Made by a program: the position numbers and the translations under genes. A DNA stretch of 63,954 bases, filler included, from Craspedostauros australis (lineage: Eukaryota): NCBI GenBank assembly GCA_030167865.1. It is 10 parts of 10 records of this genome, joined end to end, with 100 filler letters (N's around TTAATTAATTAA, not from the genome) between each part and the next. Parts side by side here need not be neighbours in the genome. Positions count along the whole stretch, not along the records: positions 3,656 to 33,752 come from JALAGF010006180.1; 9 more parts are not named here. The stretch is one strand, 5' to 3'. Under the pieces are notes generated by a model that was given only the letters and a program-made list of their open reading frames with translations, searched no databases and was not told where the DNA came from. How positions within the stretch are numbered: position 1 is the stretch's first letter; every line of letters begins with the position of its first letter. Shown here one piece after another: positions 11,301-23,854 of this stretch.

Positions 11301-12411
11301 AAGTCCTTGTCCGAGTCAAGCAGTTGGCTGTGCATCTGTTGATGCTCTTCTTCCGAGATCGAGAACCCGACGGTTGCGTATCCCCTCACTCGGGTTCCCA
11401 GGGTCTGGTTTTTCAGAGTGAGCAGTGCTCCGAAGACGCTTTCGTAGTCAGGTAGAGATCTGGAATCCCAGTTCATCGCACCGTATGTGAAGTACGGTGG
11501 GGAGAACTCGAAGATGGGCCAGTGATAGTCAAGCTCAACTTGAGGAGTGAATCTGGGAGCTCCAGCCTTGGATATGTAATTGTTGTAGTCACTGGGGTTA
11601 TCGACCAGTCGATCGAGATTGCCGTTTTCAAACATGTGACCTTCGACAACCATGTCACGGTAGTGATCCAAGGCAAAGTCCAGCCATTCCTCTGTCTGAT
11701 TGCGTGTCACTAGTCTGCTGACCACGAAGATTTCGCTTCCCGAGTGCTCTCTTGCCGTCCTGGCATGAGCTTCGAAGTTGTCCACGATGTAGAAAGGCCA
11801 TTTGGCATCCACAGCCTCGGCACCGGATGTAGCAGTGCGGCTGAGCCCGTCCAGTGCTTGCCTGATATCCTCTTGGTTTTTCAGCATAGAGTTTCTAACG
11901 GTGCGTTCGAATTGATCGTACTGGCGGGTGAAGAGAAGAATTGGGTGGCGACACGGAATCGGCAACAGAGAGATGGGGGCATCCGTGAGAGATAACATTC
12001 GACGGTGGCCACGGACAAACCAAGTGAGTGGGCCATCATGCTCGTGGCGCGCACCAGTCACAGCGACAGAGATGCGGAGCAGCAGCTCTGCATGTCAATC
12101 CAAAACATATCTCACAGACCAGATCTATCGCATCGCAATACAAGATGATTATCATCCATTCGAAATCAGCCAATCTGCGAACTTACCGCCTGCTCGAAGT
12201 TGTCATTCTCTTGTCGGCGGAGGAGTGTGTACGTTGTGATGGTGACAGACACACCTGCAATCGCAAGCGCGAGGTACAGAAACACACGCCACGTCCGGAT
12301 TCTGTTCGTCTCCTTTTGGGACAGCTTCTGGATTTCTTTGATTTCATCGCGCCCTTCGTCGCTGCTTTGGTGGGTGCTGCCATCGGTAGATGAAAGTTGA
12401 TCGGACGCCAT
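8358..12411 (-). CDS. Receptor-type guanylate/adenylate cyclase-phosphodiesterase fusion, copy A (3 exons, ~1186 aa)
   Basis: Exons 12411-12187, 11920-10979, 10751-8358 with GTAAGT...CAG phase-0 introns. TM helix, 314-aa extracellular region, second TM. Class III cyclase motifs FGDITGF, KVETVGD, FQLFGDTMNTTARLES. Class I PDE motifs FHSFEH, HDADHTG, ATD, ASD. Confidence 0.93.
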
Positions 12412-14574
12412 GGTCAGATGATGCGATGGGACGTGATGCGGTTCGATGCGATGGAATGGGATGAGTGCAATTCACTTGATGCCAGTGAGGGTTGCAGATG
12501 CTTGTTTTATGTGAATGTCGGAACTTGAAAAGTATGCTGGTAGTCGTAGGTAGTCGTGATGATGTGCCCGATCGCGTATGTTTGAGTGTGATCGGAGATG
12601 TTGTTGTTGGTCGCCGTTGGTATTGTTGTGGTGCCTGTGTGTGTGCCTGATTTCGACAAGGAAGCAGAAGTTTTGTGGGGTGGCCCAATCCTGTGCGGTG
12701 CGTTGGTATTCGGTTGCGGCGCCAGCCGCACGTGGTTGTGAAGGGACCATGTTTGGTTGAAGATTCGTGCTCGTGGAGCACCCAAGGGCGGAACTATCGG
12801 GGGACAACAACAATGGAGACACGGAGGAAGCGCTGTGCCATGGAGCACTCTCTACTAGTATACGAGCTATGAAAGCTTGTGGGTATGCCCCACAATATCG
12901 TTGGTCATCGTCCAGCGCTTCAATGACAACTCAGTTCTCGAGCAAAGGCACATGACGCCCAAGTCACCCGCTCCTTGTGGGGTGCCAGTGGCTGCGACTT
13001 CGTTCGTCAACAACAAGCGATCTTGTTTTCGTCCGAGTTATTGTGAAGGGCGGAGACCAAGAGAGCTTGTGTGGCGCGCATCACTCACCTCATCCGTGTG
13101 CTGACCGCCAGCGCTTTTGTGCTCAGCTCACCGCAGCAGGGAAGCCGGATGACGCGCCACCCGATCGGATGCTGCGGAACGCCATTGGGCGACTTCGCCG
13201 ACATGTTGTTCACGATCGGTCACTCGTTTCTTCGCCATCATGTTTGACAAAAGTAGTTTGAGTTTGTTGTTCCATTGGCCGTGGCTTCTCTTGGTTTGCG
13301 ATGACTGTTCCGCGATTCTCTCTGGGCACAGTAGACGTTTTCGCGAATGTCACGTTGTCCTTTGACAGAAGATGATAGCGCCTGTCTCCTTCACTCTTTG
13401 TGCCAGGATCAGAGATGTTTGTGTTTGTGTGAATCTGGCGTGTTTTGGGTGGGATCTTACCTTTTGCTTCACACCAACATTACACACAATAGAAGTGATG
13501 CTTGAAAGCGAGAGTGTCACTCCTTGTCATTCGTGATACATCAGGGTGTGCCACAAAGGACGCACCGAATAGAGCTCCACAAGCCTCCCTTTCCCTCAGC
13601 GCAAGACCCAAGGGGGTGAATGATTGTCTTGATTTCTCCTTCATGGTTTCCGGGTTGGCGTTTTTGGCGCCAAATGTGGAAAAGGAACCAGTCGCGATCA
13701 ATCAATCGTGACAGCTGAAACTCATGGGCGACTGTGATTGGTCGTCGTATACATGTCTGAATATTGTCCGTTTTGAAAACGGTCATTTCGTTCGTTATTC
13801 TCAAGTTTATTTTGATAGTCATTTAATGCGTCTGTACGCAGGCCGTAGTTGAAGCGGTAGGAGAAGCCGAAGACGAGACGTGCTGGTGAACAAACCAGCC
13901 ATAGCCAGCATTTGTTGATGGTACTGGCACTTCACACCATACCGCGACCACAACCACTTTCGCCTGAACCAAGAATATCCCCACCCCACGAGTACCAAGA
14001 AATGTCCCCACAAAATCCTTCACTCCTGGCTGGGTCCCAAACAGCACAGAGTAGTACAGAGTACTATTCTCCAAAGAATGTGTGCCTGGATAACATTGTG
14101 CGAGTGACAAAGAAGTCAACGCTGCTGTCTGTTGCGTTTCTCAAAGTCATCAAGACAGAGAGGCGACCAGCACACGGGAGTTTCTCGTTTGGGTGAGCTG
14201 TCCGTCCCCAGGACTCTTGGGTTGTGAAGGGTGTCTCAATCGTTGTGCGGGACGGTCTGGTCCTTCGCAATGGCGAAGGGGGGAGAGATGCCGCATTCGT
14301 GGGTGACCTTGGAGTTCACAATCGTTTCTGGCGAAATGTGTCGGCACTGCGCGGCACTTTTGCTGTTACTCTCCATGCTTTTCTGTCAATGTGGCGGCTT
14401 CTGTGTCATCAAACACTACAGGACGTGGACATAATAGTATTCAAATGCAAGTGTTCTAGTGGAATACTATGGCGCGTTGCTGCGCGTCGCCGCGTCTTGC
14501 GACATGGCATGTTGTGTTGCGTTGTCCCCGCTTCACGGCAACCCTGGAACACTCCAACAATGATACGAGTGCAA

Positions 14575-17500
14575 CTATCCTCGCTTCCCCCTCGCCCACC
14601 CCATGCTCTTCCTCTTCAGCATGATTCCCCTGCTTTCCTCCTCTTCGTCTTCATCGTCGTCAGTGGTCTCAAACTGATCGCTCAGCTTCCTCACCATCTC
14701 TTCCACGATCACTTCGCCCTTCTCGGACCACTCCTGTCTGTTGCTCATGGCGTAGTTCAAGTACTCGTCACCCGAAACGCCAAACACGCCACATTCCTTC
14801 AGCTTCTTCGCAAGCGGGATGATGTACAGATCGAAGAACGTCAACTCGCCCTTCGCCCAGAAGTCAGCAGGATTGCTCTGTGCGCGCCCGCTGCGGTAGG
14901 CGGCATACAGCTCGTGGAACAGCCGCTCGTTCCACTTGCGGTAGACGTGCCAGTGCTGCATGGTGTGGGCAACGTCCGAGGCCTGGATGAGATGCTCGAT
15001 CACGATGGTCGCCTTGCGATTGATGCAATCGCGCGCAGTGTGAGCTGCTGTTGCTGTTGCTGCATCCTTCGATCTTCTGCCCTGGCTCTCCTTGTGTCCC
15101 TTGCACTCCCTGTGTCCCTTGTGCTCCTTTCCTTCGAAGGCCTTGTTCCATCGTGCGTTGCGGAGGGCCTTGAGTTCCTTGTCGACGATGTCTGTGGCCA
15201 TGACAGCATTCACCACCAGCTCGCGGAAGCGGCACAGCTCGGCGTTGGTGGAGAAGATGGCGCTTCGGAGGTTCCCAAATCGTGGATCCATCAGCAGATC
15301 CCAGGACAGGCTCAGCGAGTTCTGCTCTGCGACGCTCCTGTTCTTGTAGATGGCGGCCAACCGTGGATTCTCGCCGATCAGCTGCTGGTTGGAGACGCCC
15401 GTGTGATCCACATCGTGGATCAGCGCAGCGAACGCGCATGCGAACTGAGTCAGAGGATCGGATGTGATCCCGTACGTGTGATCGTGCAGCGAAGATGCTT
15501 CCTTGCGAGATCTACCTGCATCTGCATCTACACCGTCCTCGATGGTCTCACGGATGGGTGGATGGGCTGAGGCTGTGCCAAGATCGAGATCGGAAGGTGC
15601 CACGATGCGTGTCATGAGCTTGATGACGGACATGGTGACGTGACTTGCGTGCTCGAAGCTGTGGAATGGGTTCTTCCTGTACAGGCTTGCGACCTCCATC
15701 ACATACTGTCGGAGCTCTTCGATGACATCCTGATGGATGTCGACTGGGCCCTGTGCCTGCTCCTCGTGAGCGACGTTGGCATCAAACTCGGGCAGTTCGA
15801 TGATCTCCTTCACTTCATCCAGGAATGTCTCACCTTCTCCGTGATCTACATCGATGTTGACGCCCACAGGCTGGCTGCGGGTCTCGCCCTGGTTGTGGAA
15901 CGTCCGCGAGGCATAACGCCTTGCGACGATACGCTTCAGCAGCTGCATCAAGGTCTCGACGTTCCAGTCGATCAGTCGAGAGGTTCTCGAGTCGAGATGA
16001 TCGGTATCATCGATCCCGATGGTATCCCCGAGCTCGAAGATGCGGCCACTCGTCTCTGTTTCGCTACCTGCATCGCCGTCTCCTTTTCCCTTGCCGGGAG
16101 AGAGCCAGTACGTCTCTATCTCGCCTTTGCCCTTGGCCCTGACGGTATCGGTTCGTTTCTGCAACCAGTGAGGCTTGCCTGCCTTCGCAACAAGCTCGGC
16201 AGTCTGCTTAGAGACTTGGATGCGTCCGCGCATGCTTGTACTCTCGAGTCGCGCCGTTGTGTTCATGGTGTCCCCGAACAGCTGGAAGCGAGATCGCTCG
16301 CCACGCAATACTCCGGCGGTGACCGGCCCGCTATGGATTCCGATGCGGATGCCCAGATCGGCGGTGTCGGGACCAAGAACGACCTCCAGCTGATGGACGA
16401 CCGTGCTGAAGCTCCAGAGACAGTCCTGTGCGAACCTCGCCATGGAGATGGCATGATCTGCTCTTGGTTCGGGCAGTCCCGTCACAGCGACGTAGCAGTC
16501 GCCGACCGTCTCCACCTTGAACACACGCCGGCGCTTCGCCAGCTGGTCGAAGGAGCTGTAGACGGTCTCCAACAAGGTGAACACCTGGCTTGGCTCTCGG
16601 ACGGATGCCCATGCCGTGAAGCCCGTGATGTCACCAAACATGATCGTGGTCTCCAGGAAGAACTCGGCCAAGGGACGTGACTCGAACTTGATGAAGTCGT
16701 TGTCCTGTCCGCGTGGGAATGAGAGGAAGGACTTCATCTCGGATGTCGTCCCTCTGCGCGAATCCTTTCTGTCCACTCGGCTTTGATCCAGGACCTGATC
16801 GCGGAGCTTGCCTGGGAAGAGGGAGGTGACGATGGCATTGGATCGCGCCGCCTGTCCCACCAGCTTCCAGTTGCGTCTTTGCACGAATAGATCGTAGACG
16901 AAGAAGATGACGATGACCGAGGCGAAGGTGATGGCGACCACGGCGGCGTAGATGGCGGGTGTGTTCTTGATGTAATGGTTGGCAAACTCTTCGGAGGGGA
17001 AGATGTCCTGTTCATGTTCATGTTTGAGCGCGGAGCATTGCGGAGAAGAACGAAGGCGCATTCATAGATGCAATAGACAGTCGATGTAAGTATGAATCAA
17101 GACAACATCAGCTGAGGTTGAGCGGAAGAACAGTGTGCTGTCAGCGTAGCAGAACACCCTTGCCTCATCTCGGACTTGTGATGTTTCCCTGAGCATAAGT
17201 ACTTACCAATGTGTACATACAGTGTCCTGGTGTGTCCCGGAAATCCGAATGACTGTGGATGGCCAAATCAACGTGGCGTTTCATGTGCGAATATTCACCC
17301 TCGTGTAGATCCCCCTCACCAATGTACACTGCATCGGGACCAATGATCTCGTATGTGAATGTCTGGCCGCAGTTGTTTTTCAGCACGGCGAAGATACCAG
17401 AGAGACCCTCTGGGAGAAGGAATCGCATGGCTGCATCCCATGCGACTGCTGTTGCAACGACGCCCACGATCTTGGATTCGTAGTCACCAGTCGTCTCGTG

Positions 17501-18590
17501 TATTGGGCTGAAGAAGAAGCTGTGTGGAAAGTTTTTGTCCGAGTCAAGCAGTTGGCTGTGCATCTGCTGATGCTCTTCTTCCGAGATCGAAATCCCGATG
17601 GTTGCGTAGCCCCTCACTCGGGTTCCCAGGGTCTGGTTCTTGAGCACAAGCAGCATCTCGAAGACGCTTTCGTAGTCAGGCACTGATCTGAAATCCCAGT
17701 TGATCGCGCCGTATGAGAAGTACGGTGGGGAGAACTCGAAGAGAGGCCAGTGATAGTCAAGCTCGACTTGAGGAGTGAATCTGGGAACTCCAGGCTGGGA
17801 TATGTAGTTGTTGTAGTCGCTGACGTTATCGACCAGTCGATCGAGATTGCCGTTTTCAAACACGTGACCTTCGACAACCATGTCACGGTAATGATCTGAG
17901 GCAAAGTCCAGCCACTTTTCTGTCTGGTTGCGTGTTACCAGTCTGGCGATGGAGAAGATTTCGCTTCCCGAATGCTCTCTTGCCGTCCTGGCATGAGATT
18001 CGAAGTTATTCTGGATGTAGAAAGGCCATTTGGCATCCACAGCCTCGGCACCGGACGAAGCAGCACGGCCGAGACCATCCATTGCTTCTCGGATATCCTC
18101 TTGGTTTTTCAGCATGGAATCATTGATGGTGTGGGCGAATTGATCGTACTGGTGGATGAAGAAGAGAGAAGAAATAGACGATTCCACAAGAAAAGGAAGA
18201 GACGAATTATCATTTTGAGGTGAGCTGACGCTTCGAGACGGACGGAATGCATTCCAATCCCCAAAACCGAAAAGATACCGCGGATCACCTCACATCTATT
18301 GCATCGTTCTGTCTAATGCAAGCTAACGATGCTGCATTCGGCATCGATGAATGCTTTGAACTTACCGCCTGCTCGAAGTTGTCGTTCTCTTGTCTACGCA
18401 GGAGAGTGTACGTCGTGATGGCGACGGATACGCCGGCGACTGTGAGCGCGAGACAGAGTAGCAAGCGCCATGTCCGGACTCTGTTGGTCTCCTTCTGGGA
18501 TAGCTTCTGAATCTCTTTGACCTCGTCGCGGCTCTGCTCGCTGTTGTGGCGAGTGCTGCCGTCGGTGGATGAAAGTTGATTGGACGTCAT
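14575..18590 (-). CDS. Receptor-type guanylate/adenylate cyclase-phosphodiesterase fusion, copy B (3 exons, ~1199 aa)
   Basis: Exons 18590-18366, 18148-17207, 17007-14575. Exon 1 and 2 lengths (225, 942 nt) and splice phases are identical to copy A. Same catalytic motifs (HDVDHTG). Confidence 0.93.
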
Positions 18591-19392
18591 GGTTGGATGA
18601 TGCGACGTGGTGGAATGGAATGAATGCAGCAAATCACTTCATATAAGTCGGCGTTGCCGATGTTTGTTTTATGGGCGTTGGGACTGGGAAGTGAAGAAAT
18701 TCGAAAATGGATGTGGGCGGTCAAATGTGGCTGGGGTTGTTGTCGCTGGTAGGTGTGCGGCTATCGTTGATGAGTGAATGTTCGATGGGATCGAGACTGG
18801 GAATTGTGAAATCAAACACATCCTGGGGTGCTGTTGTTGGGATCCTCGTGGGTCTCCTGTGTCCATAGATGCTCGTGCATGTGTACTGTCCCCGCACGCT
18901 CCAAACAAGAGGTGAAGTCGTGAAGGGTATGTTTGCGAAATCGGGTTGCGGACCTCTTTTGTGTGGCGGCTCGTTGGAGACAGAGGTGCATGGCCCTCAT
19001 AATTTGCTGGCATGACCTCGTCTGAATAGAGAGCCCATCCAACTTCAAAGAGAAACGCGTCCATTCGTGAAGGCATATCTACCCCCCATCGCTGCCTTGC
19101 GTACAACGAGGATCACAACTTCGTTTGTCAACGAGGCCCGCCACGCATTGACGCTAAGCGCTTTGGGATGGTTGTTTTTATGCCTTTGGGAGGTGTCGTC
19201 ACGGGCAACTTCGTCTCCGCACGGAATTTCTGAGTGGTCTCACGTGCGTTCTGGTTGTCGATGCTTTTTCGTCTTCCGCTGGCTCGTCCTCGGGAAGCCC
19301 CAAATCAGCGCAATCGACTTCGCCGATGCCAGCCGTTTCTCCACATTTCTGGAGCATCGCTCGTAGATGTTTGGGCGGCATAGTTCTACGTG

Positions 19393-20067
19393 TCAACGTT
19401 CCCCCTCCACTTCCTCCTTCGGTCCCACATTGGACTTGCAGTCTGGTGTTCGCACACATCGAGAAAGTCTGGGCTCGCTTCTTGATGCTGCCCACGTGCC
19501 CAACTCATGTCTGGGATGAGAAGTCTGATGAGTCACCCCACTCTCCAAGCGGAACAAAGAGGACCACACAGGGATGCAAGTTCTTGTTGGATGACTTGCG
19601 CAATTGTGTTCCCGAAGCTCCTCGGTGGACAGAGCAGATGTGGAGAACAGGTTCTGTAGGAATCTCCAAGACAATGGTTGCAGAACGACGCCAAGTCTTG
19701 GTGCCCCATCACAACTCAACCCCAAGGCCCGGCGGTCCACAACTGCGAGCCCTTCCTTGGCCGATGCGATGCAACCGAAGGAGACGCCGCCACCAGAGGA
19801 ATCTCTGGATAAAGTAAAGAGATCTCCATGCAGAGGTTGGAGAACAAGCGCGTCGCCATCTGCCCGTTCTCGTTTCTGCTCGTTCATTCCGCATTCCACG
19901 ATGGTGGATGCGAGCTCATTTTTTGTTGAAGCGACATGTTCGATGCTCAGGGATACTTGAAGTTCGGGTCGGCATCGGACGTTGGTTGCAAATGCTGATG
20001 GTGGATCCAGAGACCACGATCTACGCCATGTCTGGAAAGAGAGCGAGCTGCGAATGGGGGATGTCAT
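19393..20067 (-). CDS. Possible hypothetical protein (224 aa)
   Basis: Open frame with ATG in AGAACATG context; no recognisable motif. Confidence 0.2.
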   Translation of the reverse strand: MTSPIRSSLSFQTWRRSWSLDPPSAFATNVRCRPELQVSLSIEHVASTKNELASTIVECGMNEQKRERADGDALVLQPLHGDLFTLSRDSSGGGVSFGCIASAKEGLAVVDRRALGLSCDGAPRLGVVLQPLSWRFLQNLFSTSALSTEELREHNCASHPTRTCIPVWSSLFRLESGVTHQTSHPRHELGTWAASRSEPRLSRCVRTPDCKSNVGPKEEVEGER

Positions 20068-20517
20068 GTTCTCTTCCTCTGCTTTCTTTGAGGTCCTCGA
20101 TGTTCCTGTTTGCGTGATGTCTGATCAATGCTTGTGCCTGTTCTGTGTGTTTGTTGGCACAAAGGATACGGTTTGTTGCCCGTCTGTTCTCGACCGTATC
20201 GACACTGACAGAATAGTCTGTCTGTCTGTCTGTCTGTCTGATTCAGTGTGTATTCTGTCTGTCTGTCCATTTCAATCTTCTCAATGCAACCTGTTCCAGA
20301 AGGGCTCGTTCACAAATTGGCAGGCAGACAGGAAGAGAGCCAGTCTATCGTCTACTGTATTCTTCTCTCTCAAGAGAGAGACAGGCAGAGAATTGGAAGA
20401 GGGTAGTGTTACTCTCTACTATTGTGTCAAACGTTTTGGAGTATGATTCCTCGAGTTCCTTGCAGTTGAAGGTGGGGATTGCGCACGCGAAGTATGGTTC
20501 TGTCAGGCTCTGCTCCA

Positions 20518-21816
20518 TCACAGCATATCGTAAGCGCCACCATCATACTCATGCCGCTCCCAATCCTCCTCTTTCACCGCCGGTTCCTTGGCATACCACG
20601 TGCCCATGCCGTGTATCTCGCCGTGCCGGAATTCGCCGCAGTAGGTGTCACCCGACATGAAGCGCGCAATGCCCATGCCGTGCGGCAGCGACTGGGTGGG
20701 ATCGTGCTGGGAAGCCACGACGGGTCCGCTGTACTTGGTGTTTTCGTGACCTCGCAAGACGACGATGAGATTGCGCACACGTTTGCGATCGGTCGTGGTG
20801 GAATAATCCAGGGATTTGTCGTCGTTGCAGGGGATCTGCAATCCCGCCAATTGCTGCGGAGCGTGATTCGCATCCAGTAACTCCGAAACGGCATACACGT
20901 CCTCCAACAAAAGATCCTGCCGCGATGCTGGATGGTTGGTCTCGCAAGGCGGATTCTTGTTGTGGTGCCACTGCACGGAAATCTGACTACTCGTGCTGCT
21001 GCTGGTCGAGGCTTGTGACGTCGCTCTGGTTCGGTGGTGCGATGATGGTTGGAGGAGTGTGTCCATATCCTGCTGAGGTTTTCCAAATGGCACATCATCG
21101 CGGTCCTCGTTCTGCATCTGCAGACGTCCCTCAAGGAATGCATTGCGATTCTCCAATCGTTGCACCTGCAGCTGCAAAAACGTGATGGCGTTGCGTTGCA
21201 TTTGAATGACCTGGATATACTGCTGGATCTCGGCAGACAGGAGGTGGTCGTCGTCATCATCATCGCCATCGTCTTCCTTGTCTCTGTTGTTGTGCAGCAC
21301 GCTTTGTGCCACGGACGGATCCTCCGCCACATGATTGCGGCGTTGGCTGTGATTGTGATGACGATACATCCCCCTCGCTTCCAACCGAGCATAGCGGCAC
21401 TCCGGTGGCTCCAACGCATGGGGCGTCCGTTGCATCGCCTTCTGCTCATCGTACCGCTGTCCTTCCGGCGCACGTCCCAGATAGACCTTCTTGACCTGCA
21501 GCGTGGCGCCGACGGGTTCCTTGCTGCGATGCACCGGTGGCATGCTGTCGACGGCAAAGATGGAGCTGGCGGAACAGCCGATGCTTTGCGCCGTTTTTGC
21601 GAACGATGGCGCCATCGTGTTTACGCTGCTTGCGTCCTGTGGATACGGTGATTGCGGATAGTCGTAGTCGTAGTCGTAGTGGTGGTATTGTGATTGCGGC
21701 TGTGAATAGTCATATGACTGCTGATAAGCAGGCGCTCGCGACCTGGAATTGGAACGAGAATGCGTGCGTGAATACGAGCGAGAAAACGGGGATCGCCGTG
21801 CGGATGTGGTCGCCAT
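20518..21816 (-). CDS. Coiled-coil + MORN-repeat protein (~432 aa; frame open to 22071), paralog of 6514-7473
   Basis: KVYLGRAPEG, LEPPE, QRNAITFLQLQVQRLENRNAFLEGRL, RVRN, YSGPV...PHGMGIARFMSGDTYCGEFRHGEIHGMGTW. Start inferred from AACAACATGG context. Confidence 0.8.
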   Translation of the reverse strand: MATTSARRSPFSRSYSRTHSRSNSRSRAPAYQQSYDYSQPQSQYHHYDYDYDYPQSPYPQDASSVNTMAPSFAKTAQSIGCSASSIFAVDSMPPVHRSKEPVGATLQVKKVYLGRAPEGQRYDEQKAMQRTPHALEPPECRYARLEARGMYRHHNHSQRRNHVAEDPSVAQSVLHNNRDKEDDGDDDDDDHLLSAEIQQYIQVIQMQRNAITFLQLQVQRLENRNAFLEGRLQMQNEDRDDVPFGKPQQDMDTLLQPSSHHRTRATSQASTSSSTSSQISVQWHHNKNPPCETNHPASRQDLLLEDVYAVSELLDANHAPQQLAGLQIPCNDDKSLDYSTTTDRKRVRNLIVVLRGHENTKYSGPVVASQHDPTQSLPHGMGIARFMSGDTYCGEFRHGEIHGMGTWYAKEPAVKEEDWERHEYDGGAYDML

Positions 21817-22398
21817 GTTGTTATTCTCGTTATTCTTGTCGTCAGTGTTGGTGGTGGTGGCAATACTACTTCGACGCCTGATCGTGTCTCTCATCTGATG
21901 CCTCCTTGCAACTTCTCTGTTTCTTTCATTCGCCATCCCGACATGTTGTGAGCTTTTCGGCATGCGATGAACCGAAAACGACCATGTTGGAGGTGTCCCA
22001 ACTGTCGCGTGCACGTAAATAGTATCAGCCGAGGCGAGATTTTTATTCTGTGTCGAGTCCCGACGTTCCAATGCGTGACGTTGGAGAATTTTGTCGTCAA
22101 ACAGATCCCACGAAACAGGACAGAAGAAGGCTTATTTTTATCGCGGATGTGGAGTTGAATTGATTGATTTGACTAATTGACTCAATCGACTCAATTCGGG
22201 CATGGCATCTTTCTTTTTTTTGGCGCGAACATCACTTCTCGACCGATCACGAAAACAACAAAACTGATTTGTGCGTGTTTGTTGGTGCGCATGTGTGTGT
22301 GCGTGTTTCTTGTTGCGACAAGTGCCAAGCCAACAACAATAACAGTAACAATAATAACAAGGACGAAAGATCCACACAGCACATCAAATTGATCGAAG

Positions 22399-23481
22399 AT
22401 GAGACGAAGACGGCAAGCGAAGAAGGTCATCACGAATGGTGCTGCCATATCGTTAGCATCGCCATGCGAATGGAACGAGGGGACGCAGAGACAGTCGACG
22501 TTGCGATCATTCTTCTCTGTTGCACCTGCAACAATCAGCGCAAAACGAAAGAGACCAAACGCGCCAGCATACGCTGATGCAGCAAGTGCATCTCTTTTGC
22601 GGTCCACAACGTCATCGGCATTGCAGTGCAGTGCGACGTCTGACGAGCATTGCATGAACTCGAAGCCGCCAGGCGCGACGCTCATTCCTCCATCATTCTC
22701 GCAGGAAGTGCCAAACGATGATTCAGCAGAAGCATCCAATGCAACCACCAACACAAACGACAAGAAGAGGACCAAACCAGCATTCGAACAGCTGTACTTG
22801 GACTTTGGACAATCCAGCTTCGGCCGCAAGATCGAATGCACCATCTGCGGGATGCTCTACGAAGTGGGATTACCAGCGGAAGAACGCATGCACGACGACA
22901 TTTGTCACAATTACAAGCACGGCGTCGCCTGGCCGTTCAAATCTGCCGCCAAGGTCAAGCTGAAAGGCGTCACCGTTGCGACCACGACGGCATCCGCGTA
23001 CGTCGTGCAAGTGCAACCGCAGCGCGTGGTCTCCAACAAGTTCAAGGATACGCTGCAGCTGCTGTTGGACATTGTGCGAGACGACCTGGGTTCGTGCGCC
23101 GACACCACCTACAATGTGAGACAGCACGAGACTCAATTCCCGCATCCGACGCTCTATCTCTACATCCACAAACAACGCGTCATCGGCATGGCCATGATGG
23201 AACGCATCGGCGCGGCCTATCCTGTTCATGACAGCATGCAGCGATCGCGCGTTGCCCAGAAGGCCATCCTCGGCGTGGCCCAGCTATGGACGCATGCTGC
23301 CCATCGACGTCGTGGTGTGGCGCGGTGTCTGCTGGATGCGGCGCGTGCCAACATGGTCTTCGCCATGCCGCGTGTGCCTAAGACGCACATGGCATTCTCC
23401 AGTCCCACGACGGCGGGGTATGAGCTTGCGTGCGCATACTGTGATGCGTCGGTGCTGGTGTACGACAGCGAATGCGCGTGA
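22399..23481 (+). CDS. ECO1: Cohesin N-acetyltransferase Eco1/ESCO
   Basis: PIP box QSTLRSFF. QLYLDFGQ followed by the zinc finger CTICGMLY...H...C/H. C-terminal acetyltransferase GVAQLWT...RRRGVARCLLD...AFSSPTTAG. Confidence 0.92.
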   Translation: MRRRRQAKKVITNGAAISLASPCEWNEGTQRQSTLRSFFSVAPATISAKRKRPNAPAYADAASASLLRSTTSSALQCSATSDEHCMNSKPPGATLIPPSFSQEVPNDDSAEASNATTNTNDKKRTKPAFEQLYLDFGQSSFGRKIECTICGMLYEVGLPAEERMHDDICHNYKHGVAWPFKSAAKVKLKGVTVATTTASAYVVQVQPQRVVSNKFKDTLQLLLDIVRDDLGSCADTTYNVRQHETQFPHPTLYLYIHKQRVIGMAMMERIGAAYPVHDSMQRSRVAQKAILGVAQLWTHAAHRRRGVARCLLDAARANMVFAMPRVPKTHMAFSSPTTAGYELACAYCDASVLVYDSECA

Positions 23482-23854
23482 GTGTGCCGAGTGCCGATGC
23501 TCGTCGTGGCTGTTCGTGCGAGGATGCACGTATGCATGACTCAAACAACAGAACAGTTTCATCATCACAAAACAAACAATCAGACTGTGCTTCCTGTGTG
23601 GTGGCATGTTTTGCAAACACTTCGGGACCATCACGAGAGTCCGCAGACCACGAAAGTCCGACGAACGTTACAATCAGCAGCAACAGCAACAAGAGTCGGT
23701 TTGAATTCGAAATCCAAAGCGAGACAGAAAGATCAGCCCCAAAGGATTTCACCTGTCGGCCACGCCGACGGCAACAGCGGAACGTAATAGCAGAACAGCA
23801 ACAATCATACGCAGCAAAGCTCGCAGTGCAATCGCATACAGACCCAATCGTATC

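Noticed and set aside
8280..16680. Long plus-strand ORFs (8280-9314, 9384-10424, 14224-15570, 15640-16680)
   Set aside because: Antisense shadows of the GC3-rich cyclase-PDE exons, with no independent motifs.
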